This document shows positions 63,128-64,000 of a stretch of DNA of 64,000 bases, in pieces (the first letter of the stretch is position 1; each line of letters starts with the position of its first letter). The notes beneath the pieces were generated by a model that saw nothing but the letters and a program-made list of their open reading frames with translations, did no database searches and had not been told where the DNA came from. The DNA comes from Squalus acanthias (taxonomy: Eukaryota). A program made the translations under genes and the position numbers. Where the stretch lies: NCBI GenBank assembly GCA_030390025.1, contig CM059432.1:83144001-83208000 (forward strand). The letters run 5' to 3'.

Positions 63128-63870
63128 GTTTTTTTTATTCGTTTATGGGATGTGGGCGTCGCTAGCAAGGCCAGCATTTACTGCCCATCCCTAATTGCCC
63201 TCGAGAAGGTGGTGGTGAGCCGCCTTCTTGAACTGCTGCAGTCCATGTGGTGAAGGTTCTCCCCCAGTGCTGTTAGGGAGGGAGTTCCAGGATTTTGACC
63301 TAGCGACGATGAAGGATCGGCGATATACTTCTAAGTCAGGATGATGTGTGACTTGGAGGGGAACTTGGAGGTGGTAGTGTTCCCATGCGCCTGCTGCCCT
63401 TGTCCTTTTAGGTGGAAGAGATCGCAGGTTTGGGAGGTGCTGCCAAAGAAGCCTTGGCGAGTTGCTGCAGTGCATCTTGCAGATGGTACACACTGCAGCC
63501 ACGGTATGCCGGTGGTGGAGGGAGTGAATGTTTAAGGTGGTGGATGGGGTGCCAATCAAACGTGCTGCTTTGTCCTGGATGGTGTCGAGCTTCTTGAGTG
63601 TTGTTGGAGCTGCACTCATCCAGGCAAGTGGAGATTATTCCATCACACTCCTTACTTGTGCCTTGTAGATGGTGGAAAGGCTTTGGGGAGTCAGGAGGTG
63701 AGACACTCGCCGCAGAATACCCAGCCTCTGACCTGCTCTTGTTGCCACAGTATTTATGTGGCTGGTCCAGTTAAGTTTCTGGTCAATGGTGACCCCCAGG
63801 ATGTTGATGGTGGGGGATTCGGCGATGGTAATGCTGTTGAATGTCAAGGGGAGGTGGTTAGACTCTCCCT
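63128..63870 (-). mobile_element. YKAQVRSVMEY-family LINE, 5'-truncated, in a TRAM1 intron
   Basis: ORFs 63635-63898 and 63191-63619 encode the RT C-terminus; A-rich tail at ~63130. Confidence 0.92.
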
Positions 63871-64000
63871 CCTCCTTAGCCCAGGGGTGCTGAAACAAAT
63901 AGTATTATGCAAATGTCACACTGACCAAGATCAGCTTGTTCAGCACAGACCAGGAATTGAACCCAGGACCTTTTTGTCCATATGGCTTGACACCCCAACT

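Noticed and set aside
61087..64000. Further upstream TRAM1 exons
   Set aside because: I found no frame resembling the preceding TRAM1 exon; it probably lies beyond the window

Overview
Vertebrate nuclear DNA, most likely a cartilaginous fish (inferred from the repeat families). The right end holds the last two coding exons and 3' UTR of TRAM1 on the minus strand (60926-61086 and 60029-60102). The left end holds a CpG-island promoter and a non-coding first exon (minus strand, donor at 9678) that I assign to NCOA2 from recalled sequence and TRAM1-NCOA2 synteny; this exon carries a 22-aa uORF. The ~50 kb between is a dense, deeply nested transposon field. It contains CR1 LINEs (two near full length, with zinc-finger/esterase ORF1), L2 and another CR1/L2-group LINE, tRNA-derived SINEs, at least five bounded PIF/Harbinger elements plus older remnants, and several tiny Penelope-like insertions with target-site duplications carrying minimal hammerhead ribozymes. 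Highlights: (i) an apparently intact autonomous Harbinger (43053-47436) with an open DDE transposase, a spliced three-exon Myb/SANT gene and a related MITE nearby; (ii) hammerhead-bearing mini-retroelements; (iii) a 25-bp tandem array at the 5' end of a CR1; (iv) a four-level nested insertion whose empty sites can be rebuilt; (v) the putatively conserved NCOA2 uORF. I see no prokaryotic system or CRISPR array, and nothing I can claim as a wholly new system. No searches were run; family names come from motif recognition.
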